Assembly (NCBI GenBank): GCA_965116925.1
Contig: OZ220744.1
Coordinates: 3,072,001 to 3,136,000, forward strand
DNA: 64,000 bases
DNA from: Candidatus Poribacteria bacterium
GTDB taxonomy: Bacteria > Poribacteria > WGA-4E > PCPOR2b
Reading direction: 5' to 3'
Below are positions 1-9,208 of the stretch, piece by piece. Under the pieces are notes generated by a model. The model was not told the origin of the DNA. It was given only the letters and a program-made list of their open reading frames with translations, and made no database searches. Position numbers and translations under genes: made by a program. Numbering within the stretch: the stretch's first letter is position 1; each line of letters starts with the position of its first letter.

Positions 1-1467
1 CGCTGCGGATTGAAATTTGTTAACATCAATAGTTGGAGTAAATCGCACAACCTCTGAACTGTCGTTCGGGATATCGAGACGCTGTGAGAAGGGACCGTAG
101 CAGCGTTCACCTAACGGGTTGAGCACTTTCCATGTAACTTCGAGCCACGTTGGACGCGCATCACGACGAAGGTAAATGACAACCTCATCCCCTTCTAGAC
201 CATCTTCGTTAAAACCAAGGACACCAAGTTCAGAGAGCATCTTGGCTGTCAGCGTTCGTGGGATATGTTCCAGATAACCTCTGCCGGGGATTGCCCGCCA
301 AGTGCCGCCCGTTGCCCAAGCAAGCTGTTTGATGGGAAGGAAATTCAGCCCGATGACATCAACGCGAACATCTTGACGTTGTAACGTTTCGATAACCCCA
401 TCTTGGCTATATTCCGATCTGCCATCGTAATCCGCATCGTGGAATGCCCCATCGCTCGCAAGAACGAAAAATCGTTGGGTGTTGCGTCGAAATTTGATTC
501 TGTGTAGCGCAGCCATCAACGCATCTAATCCGGACTCGGCGAGGTCCCCACCGCCTTCAAACTTTATCTTATAAAGCCAATTTTTGAATTTACCGTGATC
601 TGTTGTAACCCCTTGAACCTTCGGCTTTTTTTCTGTGACGTCGGCAAATGTTACCAAGCCAAAAGCTGCATCGTGTCCTGAGCGCGCGAAATGTTCAAAG
701 AAGAGATCAATATAGGCGCGGATACCCCGAACATTGTCTTCCATGCTACCGGTCTTGTCGATGATAAAAACCAGATCAATCTCCTGAACGATTGCCGCAT
801 CTGCCAGATTCCGGGCGAGTTCAGTCATCATCTTAATATAGTTGTCCCCCGCAGAGGTGCCCGAAGGAATGCTACCGCCCGAATTGCCGATAGGCATTCC
901 GTCTAGTGCCTCGCCTCGTCTTCGCCCGACGCGCAACTTCGCCACACCGATCTCAGGAGAGCTTTCCGATAGATGACCGTCTCCTTCAGCCACATTGATA
1001 TTCTGATCTGCTGCCAGGGGCACCCCCTTTTCTGAAGCCTCTCTCGGCAGATTTACTGCTGTCATGGTAAGTGCTTTGGAATCTGGACGTGCTTTTGCGG
1101 ATAGTTGCGGTTGGGAAACAGGTCCAGTACCCTCCGAAGTCGGGGGCGAATCAATTTTCGACCCAATCGCTGTCCGTTGACCGGTTTCGAGTGAATCAAC
1201 CGTCAGCCAATTGGTCGTAGATGCGGGTTTTGGTTTAGGAGTGGGGGCTTCGGGAACAACCTTCGTTGGTTCGGGCGGTGGCGGCTCAACAGGCTCGGGT
1301 GGGACAACCACCGGGCGTCGGAAATGGGTGATGTCAACCTGAACAATATCATCAAAAGGCGGTAGTTGACGCTGCTCAATCTGTAAGTACATCATGATGA
1401 CTGCAACAATGAGGTGAATGATGAGCGAGCAGATTAAGGCTGGGCGAAAACTTCTGCGACGTAACAT
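1..1467 (-). CDS. Membrane-anchored vWA-domain protein with Pro-rich linker (partial, runs off window start)
   Basis: Hand translation from ATG 1467: MLRRRSFRPALICSLIIHLIVAVIMM (TM), then PPEPVEPPPPEP linker, then IDLVFIIDKTGSMEDNV (MIDAS-like). Not in the ORF track because it runs off the window. Confidence 0.8.
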   Translation of the reverse strand, partial: MLRRRSFRPALICSLIIHLIVAVIMMYLQIEQRQLPPFDDIVQVDITHFRRPVVVPPEPVEPPPPEPTKVVPEAPTPKPKPASTTNWLTVDSLETGQRTAIGSKIDSPPTSEGTGPVSQPQLSAKARPDSKALTMTAVNLPREASEKGVPLAADQNINVAEGDGHLSESSPEIGVAKLRVGRRRGEALDGMPIGNSGGSIPSGTSAGDNYIKMMTELARNLADAAIVQEIDLVFIIDKTGSMEDNVRGIRAYIDLFFEHFARSGHDAAFGLVTFADVTEKKPKVQGVTTDHGKFKNWLYKIKFEGGGDLAESGLDALMAALHRIKFRRNTQRFFVLASDGAFHDADYDGRSEYSQDGVIETLQRQDVRVDVIGLNFLPIKQLAWATGGTWRAIPGRGYLEHIPRTLTAKMLSELGVLGFNEDGLEGDEVVIYLRRDARPTWLEVTWKVLNPLGERCYGPFSQRLDIPNDSSEVVRFTPTIDVNKFQSAA

Positions 1468-1525
1468 GGCGTCACCTACTTTTGTGAATTAAGGGATTTA
1501 GAAACCTCATAGGGATCCCTCATCT

Positions 1526-2275
1526 TCAGATGGATTTATCGGCTGACTTCGCGATCCGAATCCCAACGTTATGCACCATCTGTATCGGTTCATACGCTGC
1601 ACGGTTCGCACATCGTGCGGCGAATTGACCCCGTGGCACCCATGAACCGCCTCGAATGACCTTGCGCCTGCCTTCAGCTGGCCCAAAGGGATTTTCCGCC
1701 GGCGCGTATCGATAAGTCTCTGGGTGGAACCAGTCTATGCACCACTCGTAAACATTCCCGCCCATATCATAGCACCCATAAGGACTAACGCCTTCCGGAT
1801 AGCTGCCAACCGGCGTTGTTCGTTTGAGATGGCTTTCGGACGAATTCGTTTTGGCTGGATCCCATTCGTTTCCCCACGGATACTCTCGTCCATCGGTACC
1901 GCGCGCTGCTTTCTCCCATTCCGCTTCTGTTGGTAGGCGATAAGCATCGTCCCCCAATTCATTAAGATAACGCAGAAACTCCCGTGCGTCGTACCAACTG
2001 ACACCAACCACTGGACAATCCGGCGCATTGAAACGCGAATCGGTGTGAAAGCGCGGGGGATAATAGCCTGTGTCTTCCACGAATTGCGCATATTGGGCGT
2101 TAGTCACAGGGAACCTGCCAATATAGTAAGCGTTGAGTGTTACGCTACGCTGCGGTTCCTCATGGTCAGTTTTTCGTAGCCCTGTCGGAAGTGTCCCCAT
2201 GATGAATGGTCCTTCAGAGATATAGACCAATAGGTAGTTTAGCAAATCAATCGTAATCTCTTGCGGGGTTGACAT
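1526..2275 (-). CDS. Formylglycine-generating enzyme (SUMF1/EgtB/PvdO)-like protein
   Basis: PVTNAQY, PVVGVSWYDA, RLPTEAEWEKAARG, DMGGNVYEWC and RGGSW motifs. Start moved to MSTPQ (2275) because the longer ORF begins next to a MITE. The catalytic FGE Cys pair is not evident. Confidence 0.88.
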   Translation of the reverse strand: MSTPQEITIDLLNYLLVYISEGPFIMGTLPTGLRKTDHEEPQRSVTLNAYYIGRFPVTNAQYAQFVEDTGYYPPRFHTDSRFNAPDCPVVGVSWYDAREFLRYLNELGDDAYRLPTEAEWEKAARGTDGREYPWGNEWDPAKTNSSESHLKRTTPVGSYPEGVSPYGCYDMGGNVYEWCIDWFHPETYRYAPAENPFGPAEGRRKVIRGGSWVPRGQFAARCANRAAYEPIQMVHNVGIRIAKSADKSI

Positions 2276-2354
2276 GGGAATATACTCACTCGTAATAATC
2301 CACAGCGGTTGACAGATAAAGTGTAATGCACAGAACCTAAGGCTGTGCCGCAAT

Positions 2355-2461
2355 TATGGTGAATTCTAAAAATAAATAGATACTTTCACCCCACCCCCCG
2401 GTAGGTGCGGTTTTCAACCGCACCGGTTTGGAGTGTCTCATTAATTCTAAAATCTACTATA
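2355..2461 (+). mobile_element. MITE family A (IS630-type, TA-flanked) carrying a GTAG REP hairpin
   Basis: TA-TGGTGAATTC...AATCTACTA-TA ends, with internal GGTAGGTGCGGTTTTCAACCGCACC hairpin. Confidence 0.8.
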
Positions 2462-2532
2462 AAAAAATTGTAACACCAAACAGCGGGGTGGGTCAAATGC
2501 TTTTCGAGGTTAATCACCTAAAAGCATAACTG

Positions 2533-4704
2533 TCACTTTTCTGCCTTGAGCCGCCGCCACAGAGTGGTACGGCTAATACCTAGACGTTTCGCAGCCAACT
2601 TCGGTTTACCATCACACTGTTCTAAAACCCGTTGAATTAATTCTCGCTCCAGTGCAGCGAGGGGGTTTTCGCCCATGAGTGCTAGCGTTACAATGTCGTT
2701 CTGAGGCATAATTAGCTCCGTGGGCAGATGTTTCTTTTCAATGCAATCACCCGGACACTTGACAAAAGCGTGTTCAATGATATTTTCTAACTGTCGCACA
2801 TTGCCGGGATACGGGTATTCCATTAGAATATCTAACGCTTCAGAAGAGACGTCCTGAATAAACTTCTGGGTGTGCCGATTGAATTTCTGGATAAAGTGCT
2901 CAATCAGAAGGGGAATATCATCCCGCCTTTCTCGCAGCGGCGGTAGCTGAATCGGCACGATGTTCAGCCGGTAGTAGAGATCTTCCCGGAAATCCCCTGA
3001 TTCAATTGCGGTTTTCAGATCACGATTGCTCGCAGCGATGATTCGCACGTCTACCTTTTGCGTATGAGATGACCCAACCTTCTCAAACGATCCCTCCTGC
3101 AAGACTCGCAGCAGCTTTACCTGCATGGCAGGACTTAGATCTCCGATTTCGTCCAGAAAAATTGTCCCCCTGTCCGCTATCTCAAACCGTCCCTGTCGGG
3201 TGGTTGTCGCGCCCGTATATGCTCCCTTTATATGCCCAAACAACTCACTTTCGAGGAGACTCTCTGCCAACGCTCCACAGTTGACACTCACGAACGCTTT
3301 GTCTGTCCTCTCACTTCGATGATGAATCGCCTGGGCGACTAACTCTTTGCCGGTGCCACTCTCACCCTGAATCAACACGGTTGTTGACATCGGTGCCACT
3401 TGCTGAATCAGTTCATAGATTTCCTGCATCTGTCGATTTTTACCGATGAGGTTTTCAAATGTGTAAAGACTTTTCAATTGTTCGTTGAGTGCTTTTACCT
3501 CTGAAAGATTATGGGCGAACCCTTGGATAAACCGCTCCCCGCCGTGCTCAATGCCAACCACCCGCAGCCCTAACGGTAGCATACCCCCATCTCTTTTCGA
3601 GAGCTCTGTTTCAAAGGTGACTGGCGTTCCTTGAGGGATAAGTTTCTCCAACAATTGAGATATCCGCTGAAATTCTTCGCTCCTCATCAGATTGTGCAAT
3701 GATAGGCTGGAGAGTTCCTGATGTGTGTACCCCAGCCACACACACAGATTTTCATTGACCGTCACAAACGGTTGGGAAAGAGAGGGACAGATGAAGATTG
3801 CGTCGTTGGACATCTCAAAAAGGGTGCGGTATCGCGCGTTGCTTTGTGCAAGATCGCTGACCCATCGTCCTTTCTCGATCAGGATCGAGAGTTGCCCGAC
3901 AATCTGTTTGAGAAACCCAACGTGTGCCTCCGAAAACGCTCGGGCAATTGCACTGGTAAAAAATACAACACCAATCGGCTTTCCGCTTACCTTCAGCGGT
4001 AGCGTAAGGTTTGAGCGCATGCCTTCTTCAACCATAAGCCGGGTCCAGACACTGGGTCGTTTTTCGAGAACTTCTCGAAAATCATCAATAATTCGTGCCT
4101 CTCCTGATTCCAAAACACCCTCAAGCGTTGATCCGGCAATCCGCGCTGAAAAACCGTTGTCCAAAACAATCTTGCGGTCGGATTTTGTCTTGACCTGTAC
4201 TAACCTGCCTGAAGACTCGTCGATCAGTGCAATGCCCAAACGACTGTGTGGGACAACATCCTGAAGCCCAACATAGATATTCTCAAACACCTCATCAAGT
4301 GTCTTGCCGAGGTTAATCTGTTCAAGAATCTCATAGACCGGATCGGCTGTTTCTTTTTCCTCAAAAGTAACTTTGTCCTGTTGATCCGATGATTCATCCC
4401 TAGAATCAACAGCGATCCAAATCGCTTCTCTATCAATCTGGAGCGGATACGTCTTAACGGCTGGCGTGACAACCGGGCAGCCGGTTTTCAGGTCGTACTT
4501 CCACTCATGCCAGGGACAGGTGATGCTCTCCCCGTCCAAAACGCCTTCTCCAAGTGGTCCCCCCTGATGTGGACATGTGTTATTGATGGCGTAGAATTCT
4601 CCATCGGCGTTGAATACCGCCACACGTTCGTCCCCTAGCTTAACCACTTCGCTTTCGCCAGGTTCAATCTCCGATTTTTGTGCAACTTGCATCCATCTTG
4701 TCAT
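2533..4704 (-). CDS. Sigma54-dependent transcriptional activator, Rieske-GAF-PAS-AAA+-HTH
   Basis: N-terminal CPHQGG...CPWH Rieske motif, GAF- and PAS-like segments, Walker A GESGTGKE, GAYTGA loop, Walker B FLDEIG, and Fis-type HTH AAKRLGISRTTLWRRL. Confidence 0.93.
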   Translation of the reverse strand: MTRWMQVAQKSEIEPGESEVVKLGDERVAVFNADGEFYAINNTCPHQGGPLGEGVLDGESITCPWHEWKYDLKTGCPVVTPAVKTYPLQIDREAIWIAVDSRDESSDQQDKVTFEEKETADPVYEILEQINLGKTLDEVFENIYVGLQDVVPHSRLGIALIDESSGRLVQVKTKSDRKIVLDNGFSARIAGSTLEGVLESGEARIIDDFREVLEKRPSVWTRLMVEEGMRSNLTLPLKVSGKPIGVVFFTSAIARAFSEAHVGFLKQIVGQLSILIEKGRWVSDLAQSNARYRTLFEMSNDAIFICPSLSQPFVTVNENLCVWLGYTHQELSSLSLHNLMRSEEFQRISQLLEKLIPQGTPVTFETELSKRDGGMLPLGLRVVGIEHGGERFIQGFAHNLSEVKALNEQLKSLYTFENLIGKNRQMQEIYELIQQVAPMSTTVLIQGESGTGKELVAQAIHHRSERTDKAFVSVNCGALAESLLESELFGHIKGAYTGATTTRQGRFEIADRGTIFLDEIGDLSPAMQVKLLRVLQEGSFEKVGSSHTQKVDVRIIAASNRDLKTAIESGDFREDLYYRLNIVPIQLPPLRERRDDIPLLIEHFIQKFNRHTQKFIQDVSSEALDILMEYPYPGNVRQLENIIEHAFVKCPGDCIEKKHLPTELIMPQNDIVTLALMGENPLAALERELIQRVLEQCDGKPKLAAKRLGISRTTLWRRLKAEK

Positions 4705-4796
4705 TTTTTCCTCCCATGCGTGAAACGAGGTGGTAATCTTTCTTTTTTTTTATTCCCCCTTTATACCATATAATACCATTTCCTGTCAACCTCTTC

Positions 4797-4900
4797 TGTT
4801 TCAAATGTGAACAAAGTTTCAAGATGAAACGACTTTGAGGATGGTATGCCTGCATTGATGCGTTGAACGCTGACGCTCACCAGCGGTTTCAAATTGAAAC
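4797..4900. promoter_or_regulatory. Three palindromic enhancer (UAS) boxes, GTTTCA-N3-TGAAAC
   Basis: TGTTTCAAATGTGAACA at 4797-4813, GTTTCAAGATGAAAC at 4816-4830, GTTTCAAATTGAAAC at 4886-4900. These lie about 90-195 bp upstream of a sigma54 promoter. Confidence 0.7.
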
Positions 4901-4988
4901 ACTCGCAGACTCACGTGGAGAGGTCCGTTGATCAGTCATTCATGCCTGCTATCCAGCACCGGTGCAAGTTCTGCCGTTTTTAGAGATC

Positions 4989-5005
4989 TTGGCATCAAAT
5001 TTGCC
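4989..5005 (+). promoter_or_regulatory. Sigma54 (-24/-12) promoter
   Basis: TTGGCATCAAATTTGC, with GG 4991-92, N10, GC 5003-04. Confidence 0.8.
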
Positions 5006-5008
5006 TAA

Positions 5009-5127
5009 CTAGTACACTGTCAGGCAAATTATGATTGTCTATATGGATTGAGACTCATAATACTTCGTAGGGGTCGGGTCACCCGACCCCCTTGTTGATA
5101 TGCAAAACTTATATGACTGAGTACTAG
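5009..5127 (+). mobile_element. MITE family B (CTAG-flanked, 119 bp) with GTAG REP hairpin
   Basis: CTAGTACACTGTCA...TGACTGAGTACTAG. Near-identical copies at 47506-47624 and 49863-49981. Confidence 0.8.
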
Positions 5128-5433
5128 GTTCTGTTGACATTTAACGGCCCGTAGGTTGGGTTGAACGGTTAAAACCCAATCCCTATCAAGTCCAATAGAG
5201 GCTCCGTCGTTCAACGACACCTGCTTATAGACAGATAGAGTGAAACCCAACTTCGCTTTTCATCGGGGTGTCTCCTTTTCAAAACATTATTCCCTAAAAA
5301 TGGTCTTTTGTACCACGATCTGTTAGATTGTGATCCCCGTCCGCAAGCTAACAGATTGTGCTACATTTGTCAGATTCCCCGATGATTACAGCGTTTGCCG
5401 AATCAGCAGTATCAAAATGTCAACACGTCCTAG
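5124..5433 (+). mobile_element. MITE-like element with GGTTCTGTTGACATTT / AAATGTCAACACGTCC termini, containing REP hairpins
   Basis: Imperfect terminal inverted repeats flanked by CTAG. The same terminus recurs at about 32601, 47622, 49979 and 59893. Confidence 0.6.
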
Positions 5434-5706
5434 GAAACCGTAACTTCGGTTGAAACAGGAATTGTCATCTACTGGGACCGACCGAACACAGGTGCTGCCG
5501 CCGCATTGGTAGCAAAACCCGTCGAACGCAGCGTCTCAAATGCGAAAGTACCCCTGAAAACCAGAGGTGGCGAGGAGGTGAGGGGGCGAGTTTTTACCCG
5601 CTTCCTCGCTTCCACCTGATTAGAGGGTTGGCTGTGCATTGGGAGTGCCTCATTAACTCTAAGGTCCACTATAAAAACGCTGCATTTTAAGTGAGGAGTG
5701 TGCAAA

Positions 5707-7476
5707 ATGGCTGAAATGAACTCTGGCTTCATACAGTGCATTCGTGTCGAAGACATCCCCGAAGGATCTATTATCGCCGCCAATGTCGAAGGCACTTCGG
5801 TCGCCTTGACCAATAGCGAAGGAAAGATCCGTGCCGTGGACAATCGTTGCCCCCACATGGGGTATCCCCTGAGTCAAGGAACAATTCATAACGGCATTCT
5901 GATCTGCCATTGGCATCACGCACGGTTTGATCTGGAGAGTGGATGCACATTCGATCCGTTTGCAGACGATGTGCAATCGTATCCGGTTAAAATCCAAGAT
6001 GGACAAGTTTATGTCAATGTCCACCCAAACGGGGATGACCCCACCGTGCGTTGGAAACGACGTTTGAATGAAGGGCTTGAGCAGAACATCAACCTAATTA
6101 TCGCTAAGGCAGTCATCGCGCTTCGTGCATATCATGCCGCAGCGGACGATATCGTTGAGGTTGGAGCCCTATATGGTGCACATGGACGCCGCGCTGGCTG
6201 GGGTCCCGGACTGACCATCCTCACAGCGATGGCAAATGTTGTCCCGCAACTTGCAGAAGAGGACAGAGTGCTGGCACTCTATCAGGGATTACTCCATGTT
6301 TCACAGGAGGTAGCGGCTTCCCCACCGCGTGTGGAACTCACACCTCTAGAGACAGATAAACACCCAATTGAACGTCTGAAAGAATGGTTCCGATATTTCA
6401 TCGAAGTCCGTAATGCCGATGGAGCAGAGCGTACGCTGCTGACAGCGATTTCGTCCGGCGGAACGCCTGCACAGGTCTGTGATATGATGGTCGCTGCAGC
6501 GACGGATCACTTCTACCGGGATGGTGGACACACACTCGATTTTATCAACAAGAGCTTTGAAGTGCTAGGACGGATCGGTTGGGATAAGGCGAGTAAAATC
6601 CTGCCAACGCTCGCCGGTGGCCTCGCGGGTTCATCGCGGGCTGAAGAAGAGAATCGGTGGCGCAGTCCGATAGATTTTGTCCCCCTACTCAACGATTCAT
6701 TTGAAGAATTGAAAGCACTTGCAGCACAAGGGGCAGGTAAACAGTGGGAGGGTGCTGAACAACTCGTCGAAGTTTTGCTAGGTGATGATCCCTTCGCCAC
6801 AGTGGAGGCACTCAAGTCGGCGTTCAAGGAGGGAGCGACGTTGACGGAATTGACCCAGACGCTTGCCTACGCGGCGGCGATGCGGATTGCCCGTTTTCAC
6901 ACAAAAAATGAGTTCGGTGACTGGATCGCAGTGCTACACACCTACACCTACGCCAATGCGCTTCATCAGTGTGCAAAGCGTGCCCCATCATTGGAACTTG
7001 CCCGCGGTATCTTTCATGGCGCAGTGGCAATCTACTTTGATCGCTGGTTTAACATGCCAGCAGCACGGCTACCACAACACCGACGGGAGACCAATACGCT
7101 TCCAACAGACGCAGATGAACTGCTCGAGGACTTCGTGAACCTCCTCAACACGCAAGCCAGAGCGGATGAGGCGGGTATGTATCTCTACCGCTACCTCTCG
7201 CTTGGTCACCCCCGCGCCGCTATCATCCAGAAACTGGGGCACGTCCTGTTGCGCGAAGATGCCGAGTTCCACTCCTTCCAGATGCTTGAAGCTGCACTCC
7301 ATCAAATGGAGGAGTTGGATGAGGAGCGAGCCCAGATGACGCTAGTTGCAGCTGCCCGGTACTTAGCAGCACACGCACCGACCGCCCGTGCGCTACGACA
7401 GACAGCAAATCTAGCCCTACGTCTCCATCGGGGCGAGGATCTCTCCGCTGACGATCCAAATGAAGTGGTCGAGTGA
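5707..7476 (+). CDS. Rieske [2Fe-2S] domain fused to a large His-containing helical domain (paralog 1)
   Basis: RBS GAGGAG. CPHMGYPL...CHWH Rieske motif, C-terminal GGHTLDF, VLHTYTY and REDAEFH motifs. Confidence 0.88.
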   Translation: MAEMNSGFIQCIRVEDIPEGSIIAANVEGTSVALTNSEGKIRAVDNRCPHMGYPLSQGTIHNGILICHWHHARFDLESGCTFDPFADDVQSYPVKIQDGQVYVNVHPNGDDPTVRWKRRLNEGLEQNINLIIAKAVIALRAYHAAADDIVEVGALYGAHGRRAGWGPGLTILTAMANVVPQLAEEDRVLALYQGLLHVSQEVAASPPRVELTPLETDKHPIERLKEWFRYFIEVRNADGAERTLLTAISSGGTPAQVCDMMVAAATDHFYRDGGHTLDFINKSFEVLGRIGWDKASKILPTLAGGLAGSSRAEEENRWRSPIDFVPLLNDSFEELKALAAQGAGKQWEGAEQLVEVLLGDDPFATVEALKSAFKEGATLTELTQTLAYAAAMRIARFHTKNEFGDWIAVLHTYTYANALHQCAKRAPSLELARGIFHGAVAIYFDRWFNMPAARLPQHRRETNTLPTDADELLEDFVNLLNTQARADEAGMYLYRYLSLGHPRAAIIQKLGHVLLREDAEFHSFQMLEAALHQMEELDEERAQMTLVAAARYLAAHAPTARALRQTANLALRLHRGEDLSADDPNEVVE

Positions 7477-7828
7477 TGGTTTCCCATTAGGATTGTACTC
7501 GTGCAACTGATTGCGCGTCTTCCATCGCTGAATCAAATCTGCTATCCGTGCTAATGTGAAAGAGTTAAATACTGGTGGGTTGTAAACTTTCTATGCTTGG
7601 GACGTTTAAATCAAAAAGGACTTACGTGGTTGAAAGTTTGAAGCCAACCCTCCTGCCCTCTCCGGCCAGAAGACCAAGCGTTTGCGCCCCTATCAGGTTG
7701 TTTTGAACGCTTGATGCAATTAGAGGCGGGTAGTTTGGTGATTCATCGTCCTTGAACACACACCTCTCGACACCCAATATCGCGGAGAAGTAAGAGATTA
7801 CAGTTCAAATTTAAGGAGACTGCATAAG

Positions 7829-8881
7829 ATGCCTTGGAAATTCTCCTGTTTCGTGATTACACTCCTCTTTGTACCTTTCCTCCTTCAATGCAAGGCTTTG
7901 CAATTGTTGGGAGAACAACCACAAACGACTCAACAGGAGGTAAATGACACCATCTCGGAGACCACTTCTCGCGTTCGGTTAATCTACTTTACACCCCAAG
8001 ACCGTCCCTTCAAGCAAAGAATTGTCGATCAGATAGAATTACAAATGGGAGTCGTACAAACTTTCTTTGCAGACCAGATGGAAGCCCACGGCTTCGGGCG
8101 GAAAACATTCGCTTTTGAAACTGATGCGAAAGGGAGAGCGATTGTGCACCGAGTCAAGGGTCAGTTCCTCGATAAACACTATCTCTATAACACAACAAAT
8201 AAGGTCGCGGCAGAAATCGGAGAACGATTTAATCTTTCAAATAATGTCTATATGATTGTTGTTGATATAAGCGGTAAGTACATTAACAGAGCTATGGGCT
8301 TTGGAAGCTCCCGCCGCGGTGGTCAATCAGGCATTCTTTGGATAGCAAAAAGCGGTTTTCAGAGCAAAACCATTGCTCATGAACTGGGACACGCCTTTGG
8401 CTTATTACACGATTTCCGCAATGAGCGATTTCTCATGTCCTACGGTTCTTTTCATCTCTCCTCAACCCGACTGGAAAAACGTCAATTGTCCAAGGAAGCT
8501 GCAGAATTTCTCGATGCCAGCCGCTTCTTTAACCCTAGCAGGACGTTCTCCAGCGAATTTCAGCCGAAAATTAAGATTATTTCCCCACTCGAGTATCCAC
8601 CGAGGGCAGAAAGCATCCGTATCATTTTCGAGTTGAGCGACCCAGATGGATTACATCAGGCACGATTTCACACTAACCCCAATATCACTGACAAAAACTT
8701 GGCGAAGTTCAGTAGAGGCTCCCCCGCATTCAAAGCAGCCAAGCGGTTAAACGGACAAGAGATGACCGTTGAGTTTGTTTACAGATTATCCAAGGTTGAC
8801 GTTCACGATCTACGGCTTCAAGTCGTGGATTCACAAGGACACTTTGGGACAAAATCATTTTCCGTCCACCTTCAAAAGTAA
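7829..8881 (+). CDS. Secreted or lipoprotein zinc metallopeptidase (metzincin-like)
   Basis: Hydrophobic N-terminus ending LLQC, HELGHAFGLLHD motif and Met-turn-like LMSY. Homologous to the N-terminal domain of 27706-31407. Confidence 0.82.
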   Translation: MPWKFSCFVITLLFVPFLLQCKALQLLGEQPQTTQQEVNDTISETTSRVRLIYFTPQDRPFKQRIVDQIELQMGVVQTFFADQMEAHGFGRKTFAFETDAKGRAIVHRVKGQFLDKHYLYNTTNKVAAEIGERFNLSNNVYMIVVDISGKYINRAMGFGSSRRGGQSGILWIAKSGFQSKTIAHELGHAFGLLHDFRNERFLMSYGSFHLSSTRLEKRQLSKEAAEFLDASRFFNPSRTFSSEFQPKIKIISPLEYPPRAESIRIIFELSDPDGLHQARFHTNPNITDKNLAKFSRGSPAFKAAKRLNGQEMTVEFVYRLSKVDVHDLRLQVVDSQGHFGTKSFSVHLQK

Positions 8882-9101
8882 ATAGCTGTTACGCAGTTAA
8901 AGTGTAACAGGGTTGAATCAAATAGGGACGTATCACCACTCTGATAATCGAAACTTTCGCTTCATATCAGCGCGATCCCGACGAAAAGCGGTGTCGATCC
9001 AAGCGTAGAAACACTCGTAACGTGGACTCATACCTTCTATAAATAACCTATTTTCTCGCCAAGTGCATAACTCCTATAAAATGCAATACTCTCTAATTAT
9101 G

Positions 9102-9130
9102 TTGACAAGACTGACGAAACACGCTACACT
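9102..9130 (+). promoter_or_regulatory. Sigma70-type promoter of Rieske paralog 2
   Basis: TTGACA-N17-TACACT. Confidence 0.65.
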
Positions 9131-9208
9131 TTGAACGAGTCAGATTCAATCAAAAAACGGCGGTAATTTATCACGTTTTACGTATCACGTGACAAGGAGG
9201 TTTATACC

